Origin: a virus
Taxonomy: Duplodnaviria > Caudoviricetes
Direction: 5' to 3' (one strand)
Virus record (IMG/VR): IMGVR_UViG_3300037424_001003
Coordinates: 1 to 28,476 of that record
DNA: 28,476 nt
The notes beneath the pieces were generated by a model, which did not search any database, was not told where the DNA came from, and worked only from the letters and a program-made list of their open reading frames with translations. The stretch's first letter is position 1, and each line of letters begins with the position of its first letter. Below, one piece after another: positions 7,223-15,967 of this stretch. The translations under genes and the position numbers were made by a program.

Positions 7223-7662
7223 AACGGTCAAAACCAATCATGGACCTCGCCTCTGAGCGCCTCGCCAGTCTCCAGGTACAAATGGAGCAAATCCGCGACG
7301 GCCTGGAGGACACCGCGCTCAAATTGGTGGTCGTCCAGCATGGCATTCACCAGGTGGCCGAGGTGCGCGATACCTTGGAGAAGGCGGCCATCAACCTGAG
7401 TGCCGTCGAGCGCATCGTCGAGCAGGTAGGCAACGAGCGAGCCAATGTCCAGGCTACCATTGAGAAATTGCGCAATTCGCGCACGCTGGCCATGCCTCCC
7501 AATTGGCGCGAGCTGGCGCGTACCGACGTGACGGCCGCCATCGTTTTCCTGGACAACCTCGACGAACACGTCATGCGCGATGCAATCGGCCAGGTCAAGG
7601 CCGAGACGCGGGAGGCGCTGTGCAGGTGGGCATGTAACGGACATGAAGGCATACCTGGGTGA
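7219..7662 (+). CDS. Coiled-coil hypothetical protein
   Basis: Overlaps the upstream stop; heptad-like sequence. Confidence 0.65.
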   Translation: MKRSKPIMDLASERLASLQVQMEQIRDGLEDTALKLVVVQHGIHQVAEVRDTLEKAAINLSAVERIVEQVGNERANVQATIEKLRNSRTLAMPPNWRELARTDVTAAIVFLDNLDEHVMRDAIGQVKAETREALCRWACNGHEGIPG

Positions 7663-7843
7663 ACTCGTGACGTTCTTATGGTCCGGCGCTGAAATGGAAG
7701 GCGCTGTGCAAGCCAAGAACAACGGCGGTTACTGGATTAAAGCGGGAGAGGATATGTACCGTGTCGAAGAGGCAGCCATTATCAAGATCATCAAATGGAG
7801 CCACGAACGGCATTCAGCCAACGCGAGGCGCGCGCATGAGTGA
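7643..7843 (+). CDS. Small hypothetical protein
   Basis: MKAYLGELVTFLWSG...; overlaps its neighbours. Confidence 0.5.
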   Translation: MKAYLGELVTFLWSGAEMEGAVQAKNNGGYWIKAGEDMYRVEEAAIIKIIKWSHERHSANARRAHE

Positions 7844-8265
7844 CCCTTCAGAGGACTTCAGGCAAGCCTACCGCCGAGATGGCGGCCGCCCGGGCCGACG
7901 CTCGAATACCTTCTCTCTCTGCGTGCCAGGCGGCGGGTGGTGATCCGCCTGCCCTTCTCACCGTGGGCCTGGTTAGAGCGGCTATGGTTGCGCTGGCGCG
8001 GCTGGGGATGCGATGGGGGGACGAAATGGCACCCGATGGCGTGAAACTTACCTTCGTCGAGGAATTGAAATTCTGGCTACGCTACGCCGTTCACCGCTGC
8101 TATCTTTGCGGGCGCTTGCTATGGTTCACGCCGTTCACCGATTGCGAACCATGCACCGTCGCCCGTATCGTGCGGGAAACGTGCCCAGCCTGTCATGAGC
8201 CGGCGTACATTTTGAATGAGGCCAGCAATGTGACCCGGTGCCTCGTTTGTGGTTACGCGGGGTGA
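7840..8265 (+). CDS. Cys-rich zinc-finger protein (true start may be downstream)
   Basis: Four CxxC pairs in the C-terminal half. Confidence 0.5.
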   Translation: MTLQRTSGKPTAEMAAARADARIPSLSACQAAGGDPPALLTVGLVRAAMVALARLGMRWGDEMAPDGVKLTFVEELKFWLRYAVHRCYLCGRLLWFTPFTDCEPCTVARIVRETCPACHEPAYILNEASNVTRCLVCGYAG

Positions 8266-8304
8266 TCACCATCCTGGCCGTCAAGTTGGGATTGGCTGTG
8301 CTGA

Positions 8305-8541
8305 ATGGCGACTCGACCGTGTGCACACCTGCCCACACCGCAGGTGCGGGTCGGCGACGTGCTCAGCGTGCATCACGCGGGCACGCCATGGGCCAGGCTG
8401 GTCGTGATCGTCGAAGGGCCATTCCCGGTGGTGCGCATCAGCCGGCTACAGACGGGCATCACGCCCGAGGCGCTGGTGGGCATGGAGGCTGAGCAAGAGG
8501 GGGAGCCGTGCCCGGATGGGCCGATCAACGGAGCAACTTGA
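8305..8541 (+). CDS. Hypothetical protein
   Basis: ORF in operon orientation. Confidence 0.4.
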   Translation: MATRPCAHLPTPQVRVGDVLSVHHAGTPWARLVVIVEGPFPVVRISRLQTGITPEALVGMEAEQEGEPCPDGPINGAT

Positions 8542-8682
8542 ATCGATGAATGGACGGGGAGTAGCGGTGGAGTCCAAGGCGTTACGTTACCTTGGAGCTA
8601 TAGGGGCTGCGGCCCTGAATGCGAACACAGAGGGGCTACCACGCCCGGACGCGGCAAGCCGGGCATTAACGGAGGGTAACTA

Positions 8683-8808
8683 ATGAAATTCGGATATGTG
8701 GCGGCGTTGATCCTGTTGGGCATCGCCTGGCTGGTCTATTTCCTGCTACACGACGCGGCGCTGGCTGGGCTGGTGCTTTTGTCGGCGCTTGTGATTAGGA
8801 CGTATTGA
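8683..8808 (+). CDS. 41-aa hydrophobic membrane peptide
   Basis: RBS GGAGG; MKFGYVAALILLGIAWLVYFLLHDAALAGLVLLSALVIRTY*. Confidence 0.6.
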   Translation: MKFGYVAALILLGIAWLVYFLLHDAALAGLVLLSALVIRTY

Positions 8809-8904
8809 TGGTGACTGGGTGGGGCCAGATCCGGATCGAGCTCGGGGCCAGCCTGTCACCATTGGTGACACAACGGCGCCGCCGGCGCCCTGCAGGAGTC
8901 ACCA
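8809..8904. repeat. Tandem copies 3 (53 bp, 8809-8861) and 4 (42 bp, 8863-8904) of the TGGTGACA family
   Basis: TGGTGACT-N37-TGTCACCA, T, TGGTGACA-N26-AGTCACCA, directly upstream of the terminase genes. Confidence 0.85.
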
Positions 8905-8937
8905 ATTAGCCCTGTATAACAGGGCCATAACAGGGCG

Positions 8938-9339
8938 ATGGCAAAAAGTGGCACAACCTGGCAGCCAGGACAGAGCGGCAACCCCAACGGCAGGCCCAAA
9001 AAGGAAAGGGCCTTAACCGCCATCCTGGAGCGCGCCGGGGGCCACACGACAGACGTAGGGGGTAAGCGCGTATCGGGCCGGCAGCTTATAGCGCGCATGC
9101 TGTGGGAGGCCGTCACGACCGGCAAGGTGACATTTCCCAACAAGCATTTTTTGGCGATTGACGACGTAGACGATTGGGCAGGCATTGTGAAATTCATTTA
9201 CCAGCACATCGACGGGCCGCCTAAGAGCAAGATTGAAGTGGACGCGCCGCAGTTGGAGCCATTATCAGAAGTCTTGAAGCGGGCTATCGCACAGGTGTAT
9301 GAAGATGATGAAATCCCGAGGGCTCGAAGGGACGATTGA
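8938..9339 (+). CDS. Terminase small subunit-like protein
   Basis: N-terminal WQPGQSGNPNGRPK motif (DUF5681-type); immediately upstream of TerL. Confidence 0.75.
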   Translation: MAKSGTTWQPGQSGNPNGRPKKERALTAILERAGGHTTDVGGKRVSGRQLIARMLWEAVTTGKVTFPNKHFLAIDDVDDWAGIVKFIYQHIDGPPKSKIEVDAPQLEPLSEVLKRAIAQVYEDDEIPRARRDD

Positions 9340-10792
9340 GCCCTACGCCCGCGCCGCCCACGCCGCCGGCTGCCCGCAAGACCAGTTGGAGCTATTCTTG
9401 CGCGCGGGCGTCGTCTTGCAGCCCAAACAGCTCAAAGCAAGCAGCATAGCCAGGCGCATGGACGCATCTGGCGCGCCCGAGGAGCTGGGCTACGGCGGAG
9501 CGCGCGGCGGCGGCAAGTCGCATTGGATGCTGGCGCAGATGGCCATCGACGATTGCCAAAGGCACCCAGGGTTGAAGGGGCTCATCTTGCGCCGCGTGGG
9601 TAAGGCGGTCCGCGAATCATTCGAAGACATGCGGCCCCGATTGCTTTCGCGCGTGCCTCACGACTATTTGCGCAGCGACGGCGTGCTGACCTTCCCCAAC
9701 GGGTCAAGGATCGTCCTGGGCCACTTCAAAGACGAACGAGACGTGGACAACTATCTCGGCCTGGAATACGACGTGATCGGCGTCGAAGAGGCTACCACGC
9801 TCTCCTGGCGCAAATATGAGGCGATCCAATCCGTCAACCGCAGCTCCAAAACCGGCTGGCGGCCGCGCATCTACACCACCACCAACCCCGGCGGCATCGG
9901 GCACGCCTGGTACAAGAAGATGTTTATCATGCCCGCCCGCGCTGGCCTGGCCACCATCACCGCCTTCGTGCAGGCCACGGTAGACGACAATGCTTTCGTC
10001 AACCCGGAATACAAGCGCCGCCTGGGACGCCTGACCGGCTGGCTCCTGCGCGCCTGGCGTTACGGCGACTGGGACATTTCAGCCGGCCAGTTTTTCTCTA
10101 CGTTCCGTCACGACGTGCACGTCCGCGCGCCTTTCGTGATTCCCAAAGAATGGCGCGTGTGGGCTTCGATGGATTACGGCTTCGTCCACCCGACCGTGGT
10201 GCACCTGCACGCCGCCGACGGCGACGGGACGATCTACACCATCGACGAACACGCCGCCAGCAGGTGGCAGGTAGCTCAGCACGCCGAGGCCGTCAAGGCC
10301 ATGCTCGACCGCTGGGGCATCAGCCCGGCGCGGCTGTACGCCTTCGTGGCCGGCGCCGACGTGTTCGCGCACCGCGACGATGGCCCAACCGTGGCCGACA
10401 AGTACAAGAAAGCCGGCTTCAAGCTCAAGGCGGCCAACTCAGACCGCATCAACGGCTGGGCGGAGCTGCTGGCCAGGCTGGGCGACGTAGAAGCGGGGAT
10501 CACGCCGCGCTGGCTCATCTTCGACACCTGCCCGCTCTTGATCGAGACGCTGCCCATGCTGGAGCACGATCCGCACCGGCCGGAAGATGTTTTGAAGGTC
10601 GATGTGGACGACGACGGCAATGGCGGCGACGACGCGGCGGACAGCGCGCGTTACGGGGTGATGGCCGCCTGGCGCAAGGCGATGCGCAGCGGGCAAGTGG
10701 ACTGGTACGCTGTACCACGAGCCAGGGACAAGGCGCCGAAGGCATCCCGCAGCGTGGCAGAGGTAGAGGCAATGCTAGATGGACTCAATTAA
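9299..10792 (+). CDS. terL: Terminase large subunit
   Basis: Walker A YGGARGGGKS, Walker B IGVEEA, TTNPGG coupling motif, nuclease MDYG...DDAADSARY. Confidence 0.95.
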   Translation: MKMMKSRGLEGTIEPYARAAHAAGCPQDQLELFLRAGVVLQPKQLKASSIARRMDASGAPEELGYGGARGGGKSHWMLAQMAIDDCQRHPGLKGLILRRVGKAVRESFEDMRPRLLSRVPHDYLRSDGVLTFPNGSRIVLGHFKDERDVDNYLGLEYDVIGVEEATTLSWRKYEAIQSVNRSSKTGWRPRIYTTTNPGGIGHAWYKKMFIMPARAGLATITAFVQATVDDNAFVNPEYKRRLGRLTGWLLRAWRYGDWDISAGQFFSTFRHDVHVRAPFVIPKEWRVWASMDYGFVHPTVVHLHAADGDGTIYTIDEHAASRWQVAQHAEAVKAMLDRWGISPARLYAFVAGADVFAHRDDGPTVADKYKKAGFKLKAANSDRINGWAELLARLGDVEAGITPRWLIFDTCPLLIETLPMLEHDPHRPEDVLKVDVDDDGNGGDDAADSARYGVMAAWRKAMRSGQVDWYAVPRARDKAPKASRSVAEVEAMLDGLN

Positions 10793-12095
10793 CAGCCTCT
10801 TCGACACCGACGAATTTAAGCCGCTGGCCAGGGCCTGGCAGGCGCGCTTGAAGGAACTCACGCGCCGGCGCGCCTACTACGACGGCTCGGTGTACGGCAA
10901 GATGAAGCAGCAGCTCGGCTGGCTCTGGCCGAGATTGTATAAGGGCATCAAGCCGCTCTACTTGGGTTTAGCCCGCGCCGTGGACGTGGACGCCGGTATC
11001 ATCCCCGGCGGCTGGGCGCTCGCAGAGGATGCGCCCGACACGTGGCAGCCGGCGATTGATACCGTGTTTGACTGGTCGGATTGGGCGCGTGACGGCGTGC
11101 TCTACATCCATTACGGCGCGCAGTACGGCGTGGTGGGGTTGAAAGTCTCAGACCTGCGGGACTCACGGATCGTCCAGATTAAGCCGCTCAAGCCGACCTG
11201 TTTCATGCTCGTGGAGGCCGGCGATTACGATACCACCGCGAGCATGGCCATCTACGTGGAACGCAAGGCGGATTCAGGCGGCGCCGAATACGAATATGCG
11301 GAGGTGATCGCCGCCGAGACCGTGCGCACGTTCCGCGATGGCCAGCCTTCCGCGTTCGGCGGGCGGGAAGCCGCCTACAAGAACGAATTAGGCTTCGTGC
11401 CCTTCGTCGAGGCCGAGCACAAGCGCACCGGCGAGGCGTTCGGCGAATGCACCTATCAACAGGCGATTCCCCTGCTGGATGAGGTCAACCAGCTTGCCTC
11501 TTACCTGGCCGACATCATCGCCAAGCATGCCGAACCGCAGTGGGTGGTCAGCGGCTCCGAGGCCTCGGACCTGGTGAAAAGCGGAGACAACGTGTGGTAT
11601 CTGCCCGACGCCAATGCGAAAGTCACGCCGCTCGTGGCCGGGGTGGACATCGCGGGCGTGCTCGAATTTATCCGCGAGATCCGCGACCAGGTACACGGCG
11701 CTTTACCTGAGTTGGCCTTTGACGAGCTGCGCAAGAAAGACCAGATCGCCACGGCCACCCTGGAATTGCAGCTCATGGAACTCGTTTTGAAGATCAAGCG
11801 CTGCCGGCCGAACTACGACCACGGCCTGGCCGACGCGCTGCGCATGGCTGCCCGGGCGGCGGCCAGTATGAGCATCGGAGACATCGGCATCCTGGACGAC
11901 GAAGCGCTGACTTTCGACGCGGAGCGGCCGGTACTGCCGCTCGATCCTCAGACGGCGATGAGCCTGGAGCTGCAACAAATCGCGCTGGACAGGGAGAAGG
12001 CGTTGGATATGGGCGCCGGCGCGGCGCGCAGTGGGCCTCAAAGTCTCGCGGGGATGAACGGCCGTGAACCGGCAGTGGAGGGCGCTAATGCATGA
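10779..12095 (+). CDS. Portal protein
   Basis: 438 aa after TerL; YYDG near the N-terminus and NELGFVPFV...LLDEVN resemble SPP1 gp6-type portals. Confidence 0.85.
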   Translation: MDSINSLFDTDEFKPLARAWQARLKELTRRRAYYDGSVYGKMKQQLGWLWPRLYKGIKPLYLGLARAVDVDAGIIPGGWALAEDAPDTWQPAIDTVFDWSDWARDGVLYIHYGAQYGVVGLKVSDLRDSRIVQIKPLKPTCFMLVEAGDYDTTASMAIYVERKADSGGAEYEYAEVIAAETVRTFRDGQPSAFGGREAAYKNELGFVPFVEAEHKRTGEAFGECTYQQAIPLLDEVNQLASYLADIIAKHAEPQWVVSGSEASDLVKSGDNVWYLPDANAKVTPLVAGVDIAGVLEFIREIRDQVHGALPELAFDELRKKDQIATATLELQLMELVLKIKRCRPNYDHGLADALRMAARAAASMSIGDIGILDDEALTFDAERPVLPLDPQTAMSLELQQIALDREKALDMGAGAARSGPQSLAGMNGREPAVEGANA

Positions 12096-12594
12096 CCCTA
12101 TGACCCAGGCTTTTCAAATCCGGTCACCGTTTTCGCAGCCGAGTATCGGGGAACGTAGATACCATCCTCCCCTCGTGACGATCTGGCACGTTGACCCGGA
12201 GACGGATGGCAGCGACGATTCGTGTGACTGGTTTGGAATGCACCGAACACGCGAATCCGGCTGGTATCCTGCCGTGATCGATGCATACGAGCGGTTGCCC
12301 CAGGAGGCGCAACGGGCTGTTGATTTTATGTGGTGGCACTGGCGCGCTAAACTGGGGCGGCCCTGGTGGAAACACCCGCGCTGGCACGTCTGGCATTGGC
12401 ACATCCAGATTCATCCCCTCCAGGCGCTGAAACGCTGGCTATTTAGTCGGTGCGCCAAATGCAGCCGGCGCTTTCCATGGGGTTACGCGCCGGTAACAAA
12501 CTCGTGGAATGGGTCCGGCCCGCGTTGGTTCAATAGTGAGTCGGGGATTTATCACCACGAGTGCTACACGGCGGAGGCGATGAAGCATGCCTGA
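12088..12594 (+). CDS. Trp/His-rich hypothetical protein inserted in the head module
   Basis: ATG 12088 overlaps the portal end; IWHVDPETDGSDDSCDW, HPRWHVWHWHIQIHP, CAKC. Confidence 0.7.
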   Translation: MHDPMTQAFQIRSPFSQPSIGERRYHPPLVTIWHVDPETDGSDDSCDWFGMHRTRESGWYPAVIDAYERLPQEAQRAVDFMWWHWRAKLGRPWWKHPRWHVWHWHIQIHPLQALKRWLFSRCAKCSRRFPWGYAPVTNSWNGSGPRWFNSESGIYHHECYTAEAMKHA

Positions 12595-13456
12595 CCCGGC
12601 CCCCGGCAAGCGTTACACCCGCAACCTCGACCGCTTGGTCGCCGGCTACGTGGCCGCCATTGCCGCCGCCGCAGAAGGCGCGCGGCGCGCGCTAGTTGAC
12701 GAGCTGCTGAGCCTGTGGGGGGGCGACGCCTACGCCCTCAAGCGCGCGATTGAACGCGAGCTCGATGCGCTGGGCCGCGAGGTGGCCGGGCTCAGCCGCC
12801 CCTACCGCGACGGCCTGGACGACGCCACGGCGGATTATGCGCGCAGGCAATTCGATTTGGTGCGCCGGGTGGACCCCAGCACGCCGGATTACGACACGCT
12901 GCACATGATGACCAGTACGCAGCGCGCGGCGCTCCTGGCGACATTGGCCGAAACGCCGCAGTGGGTGGCCATCCTGCGCGCGCAGCTCCTGGCCGGCGTG
13001 GACCGCCTGCGCGCCGCGCAGGAGGACGAAGCCGCCGCCGCCGCGCAGCTCTTCGCGCTGCCCTTGAGCAGCGGCCGCGCGTCCGCCTGGCGCGTGGGCA
13101 TGAACGACGCGGCGCTCTTCTCCGACCGGCTGTTGGTCAGCGTGGGCGCCGGACTCCTGGCCGTCGATTACATTGCCGGCAACGAGCGGAGCGCGCGAGC
13201 ATGGCAAAAGCAGGCCCTGGCCACCATCGACATGGACACCACCGATTGCTGCCTGCAAGTGCACGGCCAGGTGCAGGCGCTCAACGACCCGTTTCACCTG
13301 ACCGGTACGCCGCGCTTCGCCGACTACATGCAGCGCGAGCCGTTCCACTGGAACTGTAGGACGGACGTTGCGATTTACCTGCCCGAGCTTGAGGAGGTCG
13401 CTTTGCCGACGAAGGAACTCAGAGCGCAGGCCAGGGCAGAGATGGCGAGTAGATAA
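12587..13456 (+). CDS. Minor head/morphogenesis protein (Mu gpF / SPP1 gp7-like)
   Basis: C-terminal KQ...D..TTDCCLQVHGQV...PFHWNCRT motif; position after the portal. Confidence 0.8.
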   Translation: MPDPAPGKRYTRNLDRLVAGYVAAIAAAAEGARRALVDELLSLWGGDAYALKRAIERELDALGREVAGLSRPYRDGLDDATADYARRQFDLVRRVDPSTPDYDTLHMMTSTQRAALLATLAETPQWVAILRAQLLAGVDRLRAAQEDEAAAAAQLFALPLSSGRASAWRVGMNDAALFSDRLLVSVGAGLLAVDYIAGNERSARAWQKQALATIDMDTTDCCLQVHGQVQALNDPFHLTGTPRFADYMQREPFHWNCRTDVAIYLPELEEVALPTKELRAQARAEMASR

Positions 13457-13519
13457 TGCATCATTTAGTTTATCCATTGATCCCCGTGTCGGACACGTAA
13501 AAAACGAAGGGAGAAAAGC

Positions 13520-14065
13520 ATGACAGTTCCAAACCCAACACCGCCGCCGGCCGCTGACCCCGCCGCGCCGCCCACGCCGCCGGCTACACCACCGCCCGCC
13601 GCAACGCCGCCGGAGCCACCGCCCGGTCCGGTGCCTTACGAACGCTTCAAGGAGGTCAACGACGCGCTAAAAAAGCTGCAAACGCAGATGGGCAAGTTGG
13701 AGGCCGACAAAAAGGCGCAGACTGACAAAGAGGCTCAGGAGAAAGGCGAGTGGGAGAAGCTGGCCAAACAGCGCGAAGAGGAATTGAAGGTGGAACGCCT
13801 GGCACGCACGCGCCTCGAAATCGCCGCCCGCAAGGGCATCCCGACTGACCTGGCGGGCCGCTTGCAGGGCGATACGCCCGAGGCACTCGAAAAGGACGCC
13901 GACGCGCTGCTCGCCTTCCTGAAGCCCGCGTCCGGCCCCGGCGTGCCGCCGGCCGGCAGGGGCGGAGCGGCCAAGCCGCTTGACCTGTCGGGCATGACAG
14001 CCGAGCAGGTCCGCAAGGCGATGGAAGGCAAGTCGGTCGACGAGGTGCTCTCGGCTTCGTCGTAA
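13520..14065 (+). CDS. Capsid scaffolding protein
   Basis: Pro-rich N-terminus, VPYERFKEVN, coiled coil, RLQGDTPEALEKDADAL; precedes the capsid gene. Confidence 0.85.
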   Translation: MTVPNPTPPPAADPAAPPTPPATPPPAATPPEPPPGPVPYERFKEVNDALKKLQTQMGKLEADKKAQTDKEAQEKGEWEKLAKQREEELKVERLARTRLEIAARKGIPTDLAGRLQGDTPEALEKDADALLAFLKPASGPGVPPAGRGGAAKPLDLSGMTAEQVRKAMEGKSVDEVLSASS

Positions 14066-14118
14066 TGGTGACAAAATGGCCGGCTGAAGCACGCAGATCG
14101 CCGGCATCCCTGTCACCA
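14066..14118. repeat. TGGTGACA-N37-TGTCACCA family copy 5
   Basis: Perfect arms, 53 bp; starts at the first base after the scaffold stop. Confidence 0.85.
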
Positions 14119-14201
14119 CGCAGAGCGTAAGCTCCTCGTGTCGTTGCACGTTAATCTCGAATGGGGCTCTCAAATCTAATTCAAACACGAGGAGATTCAA
14201 A

Positions 14202-15098
14202 ATGGCAAACATCCGAACGACCGAGCTGAGCGTCAACATCGCGACTATCGTCGCGGCCCAGGCGCTCGGCTATCTCAGGGCCAACACCGTGCTGGCGCGC
14301 CTGGTCAACCGCGACTATGACGACGAAGTAGCCAGTTTCGGCCAGACTGTCACCGTCCCCATCGGTGGCACGCTTTCCGTCAACGACAAGGCCGGCAACG
14401 CCGTCGTGACGCTCCAGACCCCGACCGCCACCAGCGCGACTGTGACGCTCAACAAACACAAGGAAGTCTCGTTCTTGATCGAGGACATCGCCCGCGCGCT
14501 GGCGCGCGCCGACTGGCTGAACGTATATGCCTCAGACGCCATGGCGCACCTGGCCGAGCAGATCGACGACGACCTGGCGGGACTGTACTCAGGGTTTTCC
14601 CAGACCGCAGACGCCACCACGGGCCTCACCGAAGAGCACTTCCGCGAGGCGCAGCGGCTGCTGAACGCGGCCAAAGCGCCGCAGGCGCAGCGCTACGCAG
14701 TGCTGCACGAGGACGCCCAATTCGAGGCGCTGGGCATAGAGCGGATCATCAACCGCGACTATGCCGAGGCGCTGGGCCGGGCCGCGGCTTCGTCCTTCCT
14801 GGGCCAGTTCATGGGCTTCGATCTGTTCATGGACCAGATGGTCAACGTGGCCGCCGGGCAGGCCAAGAACCTGTTTTTCCAGCGCAACGCGATGGTGTTC
14901 GTCACGCGGCCGCTGCCCCCGGCTCCGGATGGCGCCGGCGTGGTGCAGACCACCATGTCGGAGGACGGCATCGGCCTGCGCGTGACCATCAGCTACAGCG
15001 CGGACTACCTGGGCGTGCAGGTGACCATCGACGTGCTGTATGGCGTGGCCGAGCTTCGAGATTCGCACGCCGTGGTGGTTTCAACGCAGGAAATCTAG
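14202..15098 (+). CDS. Major capsid protein (HK97 fold, P22-coat-like family)
   Basis: 298 aa; LVNRDY...GQTVTVP, VTLNKHKEVSF, IDVLYGVAELR; follows the scaffold. Confidence 0.9.
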   Translation: MANIRTTELSVNIATIVAAQALGYLRANTVLARLVNRDYDDEVASFGQTVTVPIGGTLSVNDKAGNAVVTLQTPTATSATVTLNKHKEVSFLIEDIARALARADWLNVYASDAMAHLAEQIDDDLAGLYSGFSQTADATTGLTEEHFREAQRLLNAAKAPQAQRYAVLHEDAQFEALGIERIINRDYAEALGRAAASSFLGQFMGFDLFMDQMVNVAAGQAKNLFFQRNAMVFVTRPLPPAPDGAGVVQTTMSEDGIGLRVTISYSADYLGVQVTIDVLYGVAELRDSHAVVVSTQEI

Positions 15099-15100
15099 AA

Positions 15101-15149
15101 TGGTGACAGCCGGCCCGGCCGGCCGACGAGATCCTGTCAACAGTCACCA
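15101..15149. repeat. TGGTGACA family copy 6 (42 bp with a doubled right arm, 49 bp in total)
   Basis: TGGTGACA-N26-TGTCAACA overlapping an extra AGTCACCA; 2 nt after the capsid stop. Confidence 0.8.
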
Positions 15150-15171
15150 CTAAAAACGTAAGGAGAGTCTC

Positions 15172-15645
15172 ATGATCAAGCGACACAATTCCGCGATCAT
15201 CCTGGCCATCTGCGCCGTCGTGACGGTGGCCCTGCTGACCCTGCCGGCGCTCTTCGCGCCGGCCGCGTTGCCGGCAAACGCCGCGCTGGCGCCCACGCCG
15301 GTGGCCAATCTGGTAGAGAATGGGCCGGCGACGTATTTCAGCTTCCAGCCGGCGACGGCCATCGCGGCCGATACCAACACGTCGGCGCGTGACATCCGGG
15401 GCTTCAACTCGCTCGACGTCCAGTACGTGATCGATCACGGCACAGTCAACACGTCTACACTGACCGTGCAATACTCGATCGACAATTCCAACTGGACGGA
15501 CGGCGCGGTCCTGGTCAGCGCCAGCGCGGCCGACGGCAACGGCTTGGTGGCGCGCATCCCCGCGTTTGGGCGCTACATGCGCATCAACCAAAACCTGACC
15601 AACACCAACACCATCACTATCACACTGGTGGCCGTGGGTAGGTAA
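15172..15645 (+). CDS. Signal-peptide-bearing beta-rich protein after the capsid gene
   Basis: MIKRHNSAIILAICAVVTVALLTLPALFAPA leader, then Thr/Asn-rich beta strands (LTVQYSIDNSNWTD, RYMRIN). Confidence 0.75.
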   Translation: MIKRHNSAIILAICAVVTVALLTLPALFAPAALPANAALAPTPVANLVENGPATYFSFQPATAIAADTNTSARDIRGFNSLDVQYVIDHGTVNTSTLTVQYSIDNSNWTDGAVLVSASAADGNGLVARIPAFGRYMRINQNLTNTNTITITLVAVGR

Positions 15646-15651
15646 ATCCAG

Positions 15652-15677
15652 CACCCGGGCCCGCGTGGGCCCGGGTG
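15652..15677 (+). other. Perfect GC-rich hairpin
   Basis: CACCCGGGCCC-GCGT-GGGCCCGGGTG with no U-tail, just before an RBS. Confidence 0.6.
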
Positions 15678-15694
15678 TAAGGAGATGAGGACAC

Positions 15695-15961
15695 ATGGCA
15701 GAAAAGAAAACGACCCAACCCAAATCCAAGCACCAAGGCGTCAAAGGCGCGTACTACATCGTCAACCCGGCCGGCGCCGTGCACTCGGTGACCCGCGAGC
15801 ATGCAACCACACGGCTACAGCAAATCGGCTACCGGCTGGCGACGGACGAGGAGATCGAGAAATTCAAGAGCGCGAAGATCCAACGCGCCGGGCGGCCCAT
15901 CGCCGAGCCGTGGTCACCCGTCCCGCCCGAGCCGCCCGAAGTGCCAGAGACAGAGGAATAG
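15695..15961 (+). CDS. Hypothetical head-module protein
   Basis: RBS AAGGAG/GAGG; 88 aa. Confidence 0.7.
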   Translation: MAEKKTTQPKSKHQGVKGAYYIVNPAGAVHSVTREHATTRLQQIGYRLATDEEIEKFKSAKIQRAGRPIAEPWSPVPPEPPEVPETEE

Positions 15962-15967
15962 CCGGCG

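Noticed and set aside
8228-8271. Possible extra copies of the element (also 2602-2643 and 24977-25019)
   Set aside because: The arms are too degenerate, the spacing is off or the site lies within coding sequence; compatible with chance.
13535-13635. CCG-rich tandem-like repeats
   Set aside because: They simply encode the Pro/Ala/Thr-rich scaffold N-terminus.
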